Made by a program: the position numbers and the translations under genes. Source: Marsupella aquatica (lineage: Eukaryota; Plantae; Marchantiophyta). From it: a DNA stretch of 64,000 nucleotides. Shown here one piece after another: positions 12,901-24,200 of this stretch. The first letter of the stretch is position 1. Each line of letters begins with the position of its first letter. The stretch lies in contig OZ316891.1 of assembly GCA_973895155.1 (NCBI GenBank), positions 10,231,875-10,295,874 of the forward strand, in the 5' to 3' direction. The notes beneath the pieces were generated by a model. That model was not told the DNA's origin, did no database searches, and saw only the letters and a program-made list of their open reading frames with translations.

Positions 12901-14039
12901 GTGGGTGAAGCAAACAAATGGCTTTGCTTGAAGAACACCAAAGCTCACTACAAGAACATTACATCAACTGAAACTAGATGAAGCAAAAAGGTGCCCCCAG
13001 CAAATAGCTTTGCTTCAAGAACACCCCATACTTGCCATACAAGAACAAAAACTTGATTATGGCCCTCATGGGCAATTGGAACCCAAATCACAAACGGACA
13101 AAAACAGAGTGGACCCAAAGGCTTGGTGGTCATGCAAGTGACATGGCAAATGGAACCAATGGCCATGTACCTAGGCATGATAGACATGATCTATGTGTAA
13201 GTCCTGGTGACTGTAAGTGCTGCTTATGCAATTGTACTTGAAGGTATCCCTAATTATGGTTGTATCATTGTAAACTTTACTTCATGGAGAAGATTTGGCA
13301 CAATGGAGGGATGCATGAGAAGATATCATTATGCAAAACATGTCATTGCATACCCACATCTTTTACGTAACAACAACTTTTGTGCACCTGCCAACAGCCA
13401 ACACGTTTGCCAATTCAGAAAGCACCAAACCCAAGTCAAAGGTCCCTCTACCACCAAGTTTAAACAAGTGTTCATGATTGCAGCCTAACCACATCTTTAA
13501 CAAAACCTGATAGATTAAAATGCCTTGGCAGAGCTGACATAGTCATCCACCAATGAAGCATTGAGAAGAGCCATCAATCTTGCAACGGCAGAGCTTGTAG
13601 GACCCACTACTCTAATTTTCAGAGCTCTTTGCCGCTCTTTGGAGCCCAGAGAGGCATAGCTATGTGATAACTCACATGAGTAGAGACTGATAGGTCTTGG
13701 GTTCAAATGTTGTGATTGATTGTTTCCTTTCTGTGGGGTTTCACAGATGAACACTTAAATTTAAATAATAATAATTTCAGATCTTTCTCCAGTGAAAATA
13801 GTCTTAGAAGCTGATAAACATGAAAGTTCAATTCAATATTCTAAGGTCCTTAAAGGGCTCAACTCTGTAGGCCCATCTCCACTATATGGCACTAGGGACC
13901 ATGTTTACTTTGCAGAGGCTCACAGCCCTAAGAAAGCCTCGGTTATCCCCCCATTGTTCAATTGTGAATCCATGCATATTGTGCCAATTGAGAGGCAAAC
14001 ACGAAAAAATCACCCTATAGTAACCAAAAAAAAAATGTC

Positions 14040-15023
14040 ACTCAAAGCAAAAAATGACACTCTTGCCTTGCCGTTTGCTTGAGGAAAGTGACCACCGCCG
14101 ACGGGTAAAGTTGATGAATTGCGCTGGTACAATTTGCAACTCCCAGCAGAGTAAAACTTTTCGTCACGACACCTTCACTCCGCGTCAAGTGCCAATCCCG
14201 GGCTCAAAACGACCGCCTCGCCGCGATCAAACTGTTGAGCCGTAGCACTTCGCGCTTCTTCCACCAAGTCGGACGTCACAAAGAGAAACCCGGTTCAAAT
14301 GAGAACAAGCTCCATAGCTTGTGAAGAAACCCTGAACGCCTCCTTCACTCGTCATGACGAACTCGGTAACAACTCGGCAGCAATTCAGCTACCGAAACGA
14401 CCAGCTCGCATCAACCTTCAACTTGAGCTATAATGTGCTATCCCTCCCGTACCGCACAGCTCACACTGTTGAAAAATGCAAACTCTGGTCTCTCCCCCGA
14501 AATACCATCGAACACGAATAAACCCTGAACGACACAAACTTTGATTCCTCCGCACCACGGATACTGATCAGCGAGTTCTAACCACCGTTAGAAAGCCCTC
14601 TCACTAACCTATCCGCTCAGCCACCGACAATGAACGCTGGAAAAACCTCGTCACCTCCCAACCTGGCTCGGATACCACTTGTTGAGCATAGACGACATTT
14701 GTAACGGCAAGCCCATGAACCATCCAACGCACAATAGTCGACACAGAGAGATACATGGTTCACCTCCACATGAGGCTACGTCCACGGGAACACACAAGAG
14801 CTTTACTGCACTCTAGGCCGACCGGCCATACCAAGCATCCATAGCACAAGCTCTCCCTATCTCTCAACTAGCTCCGTAACAATGAGCCTAAGTTCCCTCA
14901 GGGTCTGGCATCAGCCCTGGCTATATACACAACAACACTACCGCTAACATTAGCTAAGTCCTAACCCGAGTTAGACTAACTGTGGTTAGCTCATGAATCA
15001 CAAGACTAGAGCAATATCTAACA
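14040..15023 (-). mobile_element. Truncated Ty1/Copia 5' end: LTR (15023-14680), tRNA-iMet PBS (14677-14666) and leader
   Basis: TG..CA LTR homologous to 4339-4653. PBS TGGTATCCGAGC on the minus strand. Leader 14070-14470 aligns by eye with 18880-19270. Confidence 0.9.
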
Positions 15024-15029
15024 CACTTG

Positions 15030-15690
15030 TGTAAGGTAATCCCACCACCGCATCAACAGAGTAGTAACCGGTTTACAATAATCTAGTAATTTCTTTTAGG
15101 ACCTTGGAATCAAGCCAGTCCATCATAGCCAAATTGCCAAGCATTCTAGACCAATTACCAGGACAGTTCAAAGCATTGGTAAATTCACTATCAATGCATC
15201 TGGATGGCTCTTAAAATCTTTAAAGCCCTTTGCTCCTTTCACTTTTGCTAGTGCTAAATTTAGACCAGGCTACAAGCATTTGTTTTACCCCCTATTGGTT
15301 GTAGCCCCACAGAAATTTCTGTTGAGTGCAATGAGTTTTTGTGCTAGTCTTGCAGAAGCTGTAAGATACATCACATGTTAGGTAGGAATTGCGTGCAACA
15401 CATCCTTGATGAGATGCTTGACGAACAACAATCTGCCAGTAAAAGAGAGCAGGTTATTGGACCAAGACCGCACTTGAGCTCCAATTTATCCCAAAAAGAA
15501 TTTATGAACTTATCCAGTCAGTAATCCAACTCCTAGTGCAGGGCCCAGTTACTTCTGGGCATCTCCCTGCTTAGTGGTATGACATCACAAATCTTAGCTC
15601 ATGATGTAAGCATGTGCAATGTGTCAAGACATCTTTGAAATGTGTCTCCCTTGATTATTCTCCAAGCAGATAGCAGAGAGTGACCATGCC
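15030..15690 (-). mobile_element. Degenerate L1-type LINE ORF2 fragment (region C-terminal to the RT core)
   Basis: Minus-strand translation gives WSNNLLSFTGRLLFVKH..VLHAIP and KFLWGYNQ*..LVAWSK, matching the plant L1 LS.xGR / FLW / LVAW motifs. Stops and frameshifts are present. Confidence 0.75.
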
Positions 15691-15744
15691 TAATCCCAAG
15701 ACACCCTGGCAGCTGCCCCCCATCTTGCAGCCGCCCCTCCGGCC

Positions 15745-18700
15745 CTCGGCTCTCCCCCTTCACACCTTTTTGATAGCCAAGGAAAATGCACTTCTTTGAC
15801 ATGGACTCAAACTTGGATCAAAGCTGGGAAGGTGTAAGCACATAAACATCACATCAAAAAATCCTCAGATGTGAGTAATCTACTGGGCGCCCGTACCTCA
15901 TTTCAAATGGCGTCTTGAATCCAATAGAACTTGATGGAGAGAAATTTACCAAATAAGCTGCAGTGTTGACAGCTTTAGCCCAAAACTCATGTGATAAGCA
16001 TGATTGACTCAACATACTTCTTGAGCGTTCCAATAGTATTCGGTTGAGCCTCTCAGAAACATAATTTTGCTAAGGAGTATAACTTGTTGTGAGATGGCGT
16101 GTAATCCCCTGCTCTTTACAACACGTTCCAAATTCCTCAAAACCGTATTTACTGACGTTATCCAATCGAAGATATTGCACCTTGTTACCAGTTTGATTCT
16201 CAACTTGGGCTTTCCACTCCTTAAAAGTGGCAAAAACATCAGACTTATTGTGGAGAAAGTAGATCCATACATACCTTGAGTAATCGGCTATGAACGTGAC
16301 ATAGTATAACCGTCCAGAGTGTGAGAGAGTAGGGGCTGGTCCCCACACATCACTATGTACATGTACTTAAGTACCTCCTTGCTGGTGTGAGTTCCAACTC
16401 CAAAGGGTTTCCTGTGCTGTTTTCCAAACACACAATGCTCACAGAAATCTAACTTACTAGACTGCAAATTAGAAATCAAACCTCTTTTCAGAAGTACAGC
16501 CAAACCTTTTTCACTCATGTAACCAGCCGGAAGTGCCACAGTTGGGCCGTCTCCTCATGAGATAAGGTTACATTGGCTTCATCACATACTACTCTGCCCT
16601 CCAAAACACACCAATTTTTGTGTCTCTTTTTCTTCAACATAACCTTAGTACCGGTTGAAACCTGAAGGACACCATTAGCGGAACTCCACTAATGGTCATT
16701 TTTTCTAACATTCCAAGTGAAATGAGATTTTTCATCATGCCAAGAATATGTCTCACATTCCGCACTGTTCTTACAACACCATCAAACATCTGTAATCTCA
16801 CAGATCCAAGTCCAACTACTTGGCATGGGATTCTATTTCCCATCAACACTGAACCGTTGGAAATCGGGTAAGAAATGAAAAACTCTCTCCTATAGCAAAT
16901 GTGAAAGGTACAAGCACTATCTAGTATCCAACCATCATCTCCCTGATGTGATACTATGTTGAGAGCAAAGTAATGGCATCACAAAATATCATCATCAAGT
17001 AAATCTACCTCATGTGCATTAGATGCCGCATTAGCTGATGGGTAGAGTCCTTTACCTGACAATCTCTCTTCATGTGGCCTGGCTTGCCACATTTCTAACA
17101 TGCAAGAGGCTTCCTCTCTTGCAATTTTCCCCTAGATTTAGATCTCCCCCTTGACGTAGATCTAAATTTGTTCTGCTCATTCGTGCGCTGCGTTGGTCTT
17201 CCACGATTCACGTTCAACGTAGTACCAGAAGAAGATGTTGTCTGTGCTAGACCCAACTTCTTCTGAGCATCATCAGACAGTAGAGAGCTCACCACCTCAT
17301 CATACAAAATGGACTTCAGATCTCTGTACAATAGCACCTGTTTCAAGCCCTAATAAGATGGCGATAAGGAGCTTAGCAGAAGCAAGGCCTTATCCTCATC
17401 TTCAACTCCCTTACCCAGGTTTGACAAATCCACCGCCAGACTGTCAAACTCATCTAGGTGATCCTGCAGCTTACTCCCTTCCTTGAGCCCGAGACTCATC
17501 AAGAGAGACTTCTTGTACAGCCGGTCTAATGCATCTTCCCGATAGTACTTCTCTCTGAGGGCCTTGAAGAGTGATGCGCAATCCGCATAATCATCCAGCT
17601 TCTTGATGATATGCGGCTTGAGGTAAAGCATCACCGCATTGAAAGCAATCACCTACTCCTGTCTCCACTGCTTCATAGAAATCTCCTCCTCTCCATCATA
17701 CTGCTCTCGTGTAGAGAGCAGATGATCTAAGTCCATGGCACGAAGAACACCCTTTACTTGCTTCTCCCATAGCAAGTAATTAGTAAGGCCGTCGTGCTTC
17801 TCCACCTCAAACTTCACTCCTCCAAATCTCATCATCTCTCTCTTCTTCCCAACTACCGACAACTTTGGTGGTAGAACAGCTTCCTCCACTGCACGCCACA
17901 CCGGTGATCGCACCGGTGATACTTGTTCCTCCTCAAACGGTACCAGCTTCTTCTCAAACTCTCCGTCTCACCGTCACAAACCTGAAGCTCCATTGACGTC
18001 AATTCTTCCAGTATTCTCTGAGTCACTCATATGAGAAAATCACAAAAAAAATGTCTTTTTTTCAAAACTTCTCATAAAACTCAGAACTTAACATTGTGGT
18101 GTAGCCCACGTAGCTAGGAGTCCAAAACTGAAAACAAAAATCAAAAAGGAACTTTGACAAAAAAGTTATTCAGATTTCGGTCGGGATGGGTAAAACCATG
18201 GAAAACTCCCCCATTTTGACCACCTCCAAGAATCTCCAAAATGTGAATGGGCAATCAATGTTGGAATTGTGAATGGAGTGCTGCACCGCGTAGCTAATTC
18301 AAATAGCTACTACTTTCCCGAAAACAACCAGAAAAAATAATCGTTCGGACCTCAAAATCTTTGACTAATTGCCCAAAAACAGCTCTCTATGTTTTGGGAA
18401 TATTCCCTTGTACAGCGCACAAGGCGCACAGGGGGCCGTTCCCCCTGTCGGGCCGGTTAAAGCGCCGGGTCACAGGGCCCGAGATGCGGCACAACCAATG
18501 AGGAGGAGGAGAGAAAAAAATTGAGAAAAAAACACTTTAAAATGGTCTTAAAGCCCCTAGAAAAAATGCGCGTGTTCACGACCAGAAACGCGTATAAACG
18601 CCCCAAAACGGCAAAAATGGGGTTAAAAGGGGTTAAAATGCGCATATTTTTGCATATTCGGCCCATATAAGGGCATTTTTGGCCGTATTTGTGCCAAAAA

Positions 18701-19730
18701 TGCACATTTTTGCGCTTAAAGGGGTGCGGGGGACCGGGGCGCCCGCCGGGGCGTATGGCAAAGTTGGTTTGTCGGGGTTTGAAGATATACGGCCGTATGG
18801 GGGCAAAAAAATGCCCTAAAGTAACCTAAAAATATGCCAAAATATGACACAAAGGTCGTGTTACAAACCTCAGCCGCCTCCGCTTTGGTTTCCAATGAGA
18901 AAAGTGATGACGATCGACATAAAAATGTTGTCAAATTGCACCGGCACGTCTGTAGCTCCAACAGAGAGGAAAACCTCTGCCGCGTCACACTCTCTCCGCG
19001 TCAAGAGCCAATCCCGGACTCAAAACGATTGCCTCACCACGATCTCTTTGTTGAGCCTCAGCACTTCAAGTTTTCTCCATCGAGTTGAACGCAACGACGA
19101 GAAACCTCGTTCAGGCAAAAACAAACTCCATAGCTTGCCAAAAAACTAGAAAACAACTTTCACTCGTCACGAATCACTTGGTCCACGTTCAAGAGCAAAT
19201 CAGCTACCGAAATGATCAACTCATCTCAATCTACAAGTGGAGCAACACCATGCAATGCCTCGTGCACCGCAAAGCTCACACCAACGAGAAAACAAACTTT
19301 GGTCCCTCCAGACATGCTTTGATACCACTTGTTGGGGATAATCCCTATCTCGAGACACCATGCACATGTGAACACCATACAAAGTAGTCGCCATAGCGAG
19401 TACATGGTTCACCTCATGACCGAGGCTACTGGTATCATGTTGGGGATAATCCCTATCTCGAGATACCATGCACATGTGAACACCATACAAAGTAGTCGAC
19501 ACAGCGAGTACGTGGTTCACCTCATGATCGAGGCTACGTCCACGGGAAAGCAAGAGACCTTTACTTCTCTCTTGCCCAACCCAAACAATGAACTGAAGAT
19601 CCACCAGGGACTGACACCAGCCCTGGCTATATACACAACAGCACTACCGCTAACCTTAGCTGAGTCATAACCTAAGTTAGCCTAACTGTGGTTAGCTCAA
19701 GAGTCACAGGACTAAGAGCAATACCTAACA
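15745..19730 (-). mobile_element. 5' half of a Ty1/Copia retrotransposon: LTR (19730-19330, partly duplicated), PBS, about 1.4-kb leader, disrupted gag-protease-integrase. RT, RNase H and 3' LTR are missing
   Basis: PBS TGGTATCAAAGC. gag MMRFGGVKFEVEKHDGLTNYLLWEKQ from about 17835 and DKALLLLSSL. Protease GWILDSACTFHIC. Integrase FCEHCVFGKQHR, YVTFIADYSRYVWIYFL and KCIFLGY. Many stops and frameshifts. Confidence 0.95.
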
Positions 19731-20955
19731 CTTTTGGCATTTTGAAAGCAGACTCCCCAATTCTGGTGGGATTGCAAAGTGATATTATAGACAAGATTAT
19801 AGGGTTTGATTACACTGTCTAAGAACAAAATGTGCCACACCGGAGATTATCCCAATTGAAAGGTAGGAAACCTGGAAGAGGGGCTAAACTTTTAACATTT
19901 GAAAGAAGAACATGTCCCCATCCCAGGGGTTAGTGGTGGACCTTGCCACCACTAGAAGAAACCGAGCTATTCTGAGACCTTCCCTTACATGACTTGTGCG
20001 AGACCTTCAGAAATAAGTGACTCCAAGGTTTAGGGTGTCATGTTCGTCACACCTTGTTGACTGATTTTTGGTGAAGTTTAGGGGAGTCATGTTTTCAACT
20101 ATTTGGAAAGTTGCAAGTACAACTCAATTGAGGCAATTACGTTGAAGTTCAACAAGTGACTCTACAATATAGCATTATGGTTTATAGCACAATATTTGAA
20201 CCTACCAACCTAAACCCTGAGCTATGGGATCCGACCCAATACATTGTTAGTGTAGATATACCTATATAATTAGATTACTCTATTTAAACATGGTTAAGTC
20301 ATGCATTTTAACCATTAGTGAGTTTTCCATGATTATTCCAGGCCAAGAAAATTGCTCATAAGCACCCATTAATTTAGACACCATGCCATCATGCCCCCAT
20401 TCAACCGCAAAAAGGCTTCACTATTGGCCGTGGTTACATATGCAAGGGACGTTAATGTGGATTACCGTGGTTACATATGCAAGGGCAGGTTATTTTTACT
20501 TATTGCCATGCCCTACAAATTGACCAACATGTACCCCCCTCCACACATCGTTCCATGAACCGGGAATAGTCACAATTTACCTTCATATACTCCCCTCCAT
20601 ACATGTTGGATATGGTATACTGCTGAGTGGTAGTAAAAATATGCTATAAGAAGTCCTTTATGACTTCTTTGTTTCGTCGGACACCACAAGACCAAGATAC
20701 TGTCCGACAAGGGCGACTGTCTGACATAATCCGAGCCGAGTTTTGTCAGTTTTTTTACCTCATTACGTTTGACAGGCGGGGCCCTTTTCCAGTTTTTGAG
20801 AGAATGGGAGAAAGAGATATATATATTTTTTAGTGCTGTGTGGACAATTACTGTACGACGCAGGCCTCCAGCCTCTCGGTGGTCGCAGCGCCATGCACTT
20901 TTCCCGTTTCTTTCCTCCCTCCCCCCTACGGCCTTCATTCGCTTCTCCCAAAAAC

Positions 20956-21131
20956 AAACATTTTTGCATCTTCCTAAAACGTGGGAAATAATTGAAAGGC
21001 GAAGATGTAAAAGCGTCTTTCAAATTGGGATGTGCAGAGAAATCTCGAAAGTGTTTTTGTACTCTTCTCATATGTTTCCAATTGGTCAAAAAACCCCCAA
21101 TCCATTTATGATTGATATAGCTCTGATCGTT
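20956..21131 (-). pseudogene. rps2: NUMT: internal fragment of mitochondrial ribosomal protein S2
   Basis: Translates NDQSYINHKWIGGFLTNWKHMRRVQKHFRDFSAHPNLKDAFTSSPFNYFPRFRKMQKC. This contains the S2 WxGGxLTNW motif and closely resembles liverwort mitochondrial Rps2 as I recall it. No start or stop context. Confidence 0.88.
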
Positions 21132-21200
21132 AAGACAACACGAAAATACAGGGGATGCCTAAACTTTAGAATACCCAAAAAACTCTTGTAAGAGAGCTAC

Positions 21201-21223
21201 GCAAACACTCATCGTTTACAGCA

Positions 21224-21259
<36 letters not shown>

Positions 21260-21298
21260 TGCTTTCGCACTTCAACGTCGGTTAAAGAACCAGAATAG
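21201..21298 (-). pseudogene. rrn18: NUMT-like fragment of organellar small-subunit rRNA (probably mitochondrial rrn18)
   Basis: CACTCATCGTTTACAGCATGGACTACCAGGGTATCTAATCCTGTTTGCTCCCCATGCTTTCGCAC is the reverse complement of the conserved SSU region around E. coli 760-830. The AAACGATGAGTG and CATGGGGAGC variants fit a plant mitochondrial type. Only about 100 bp. Confidence 0.85.
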
Positions 21299-24200
21299 TG
21301 GAATTTAGGGCGACCGTTCGCGTCGCTTACAGTCATTGTTTAGCCATATGGAGAAGAATTACTATTCTGTGCTCACCATATAGCAGCAAACCACGCGAGA
21401 CCTTATTCCGCGTGCCGGGCATAGAGCTTACCTAAACCCCGTCAGCTGGCTACATGCCTTAGGCCGTCTAGACCCAATAACGGCACCCCACACACTATGC
21501 TGATGGAATGAGCATAAGAACTTGTGACCCAACGCTCTCACCAACCTTAGTACTCTTGCCTAAGTACCCTTGTTGCCCGAACGCCTAGTACACGGAACTC
21601 CTTGAGCAAACAACTTAGTGTCTCTTTCACCCCAACAACAACTCTTATACAAAGCCACACTTGCTCCCTAACACAACCATTGCTCAACAAACCTCATTGT
21701 CTGCTTAGGCAACCAAACACATCGGTAAATAACCTGTCATGATCTAGGATCCCCGAGACCATTGTTTTGACTCAAGCTCAACAGTTGTTAGTAAGTAGGT
21801 CAACAATTAGAACCTCCCGAGCCCATGCGGCCTTGCCATAAGCTGAAGCTAATGCCAACACCCATTGTTCGCCTCTACTGGGTGTCGCCTGAGTTTCCCC
21901 ACTTTCTGCCTGTCATTGGCTGATCGCTCAAATTCCAAGACATGCTCATGGCCCAATTTAGCTAGTTTGTCCCTAAGCTTGTCCCAAACATTGGGACCAG
22001 TTTGGCCCAATTCTAGCAACCATCTCTAAGGCTCCCACTCAACTCATAGTCTAGGGGCCAATGCACTTGGACCTCAACACCCATGTCTACTTTGCATTGT
22101 CTCCCTAGCGCAACACAGGCTCCTTTGAGAAATTGAACGCAGCTTGGCCTGTTTTGGCAGAATTTGACAAACAGGTGAGATAGCCCCCGCAAGAACAACG
22201 GCACCCCCAAACCCAACTAAGGCTCAGGACAACATAGTCATTCTTGAGAGTTTTCCAATGCATCCAAGAAGTTCTCCAACAGACTTCTTGTTGAGAAATT
22301 GTCGTCATTTTTGTTTGGTTTTTCCCCTTGGTGTTGTAACCATCGCAACTCACAACTTGGGCTCGCTCGTGACCCCAGGGAGACATCACTTCACTCATAT
22401 ATGCTTTTGGATACCTGCCACCCCCAAACTAACTTTGGTGCCCTATATTTAGCTCTCAACCTGGACTCCAACACGATCGCATGGACACGTAACTAACTTG
22501 CTATGCCCATAACTTTCTAGTTAGAAGTCCCTAAGTGAAGTGCCTTAGCCCGTTGTGCTTGGGCTTACCCGGTGCTCATGCTCAGGCACTCAGTTCCCGT
22601 CGTCAATTGGGGGTCTCGGACAGCTACACATGCGCCACACCAAATCTCATGAGCCAATCATACGTTGGGCATGAATTAAACTTCTTTGGCTTTGGGCCCA
22701 AGAGGAGCTCTCCCTCAAGTCCTCATAACTCAAAGTTCGTATGGGGTTCCAGATGGTCCACCATGAGTTCGGTCTTTCCCATGACCCGACTAACTCCCAA
22801 TGCTAGTCTAAGTCCTTAGTGTGTGTCACTAGCCTAACACAATACTTTTGCTAGTGCCACACTTCATTGCCCACTAGTCTCCCCAAACTTAGTCCCCATC
22901 GGATGGCCGTTCCGGAATCCTGGACCATAGAGGAGCTCGGCACCGGAGTTAGAGACGCTGGAGCTGAGTGGTAGGGTAGCCGAGTTCCACGATTGGGTCT
23001 TGTCCGCTCAGGCTTTAACTCTCCACAGGCCTGCAGTGTATGAAAGATCTCCTTATGCTGTGGGGAAAGCATGGGGCAAGGAATGAAGGTTATAAACCTG
23101 ACCTGAGGAAACATACAACACTTATGCTGTTTTGCAACTTGTACTAAAATTGTAACACTAATTTTTCAAACCTACTATCCTGAATGCTTAAGCTTTGTGT
23201 GTGAATAGATTATGGGTACTAATTATGCCCATTTCCAATTCCACCCCCATCCTTACCTGCGGCCCCAAAGTCACATTCAATAGTCTTCACTATAGACCAT
23301 AGGCCCTTGTCCCAACTTTTGATCTTGCTTTATTAGATAGGTTACTCATGCTTGGATTCATGTTGTAATCCAAGCTTTTGGTTTTATATTAGATGAGTGT
23401 TGTGCATAATGGATTGATTGCTTCTGAAGGCTATGGAATGACTTTCCAGGTTGGCTAGGACCAGGGGAGAAACCTACCTGTCCTAACGGATTGGTCACAT
23501 TTTGTGCTTTTGTCCTCTCCAAATGAGCTGTGAGCTTCTCTTCACTATGCCCACAAAAGATTTATGTTACTTGTAGGTGTAAATATTGATAGACTGTTCG
23601 TAATATTTATGTTTAACTTTTCACTTTTGCCTTGACCACCAGCCTCATTCCTATTGGTGAATTGGCTAGCACTAATGTACAAAGGCTACAATCAGGAATT
23701 TTGGCAATCATTCACCAAATACCCACTAGATGAAGGAGCTAGTTGGGTGATCTAATGGTTCACATTAGATCTAGAAAAATTAAATGGCCATATTCATCAA
23801 TCAATACCTATCTACCCAAACGTACCTCCCTTTGTGCATTTTGTGGAAGGGAAAAACCGGCCCACTCATCCTCCAATAACTGATTGCTTGGTAACACAAT
23901 CAATAAACATTTTGCATGATAGAAGATAAATGTGATTCATCTGTGCATGGTTCAACATACTCTCAATCCATCCAGCTTAACTCGAAAAGATCTGCAGAAA
24001 TGATGCTACAATTCAAAGTATTAGCTTGAATGTCCCCTTTTAGTTCCACACTCAATTATACTTCTCTAGAGTCTTCATTATAGACCTTAGGCCCTTATCA
24101 AAGGCCAAATTTGCTACTATTTTGCTGTCTCATCAGCCAGTGTTCCACCTAATCTCAGGGCCCACTAGCCAGAATCTAACGGTCAGCCTTAAATCTAGGG

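Noticed and set aside
11700-14030. Possible degenerate TE coding sequence
   Set aside because: It is CpG-poor and TE-like, but I could not read any convincing protein motif, so it is left uncalled.
14680-19730. The two minus-strand LTRs as the ends of one full-length element
   Set aside because: The LTRs differ substantially, the 14680 copy has its own PBS and no PPT, and LINE sequence lies between them.
21115-21200. TAGCTCT/AGAGCTA stem as an expanded SSU rRNA helix
   Set aside because: One arm lies inside the rps2 coding fragment (DQSY codons) and the downstream conserved rRNA sequence is absent.
21201-21298. Functional rRNA gene or bacterial contamination
   Set aside because: It is only about 100 bp, substituted, and embedded in plant nuclear sequence next to a mitochondrial gene fragment.
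21480-24200. C-rich block with short ORFs and a diverged direct repeat (about 23271-23313 vs 24045-24100)
   Set aside because: Probably TE-derived, but no diagnostic termini or domains could be recognised.
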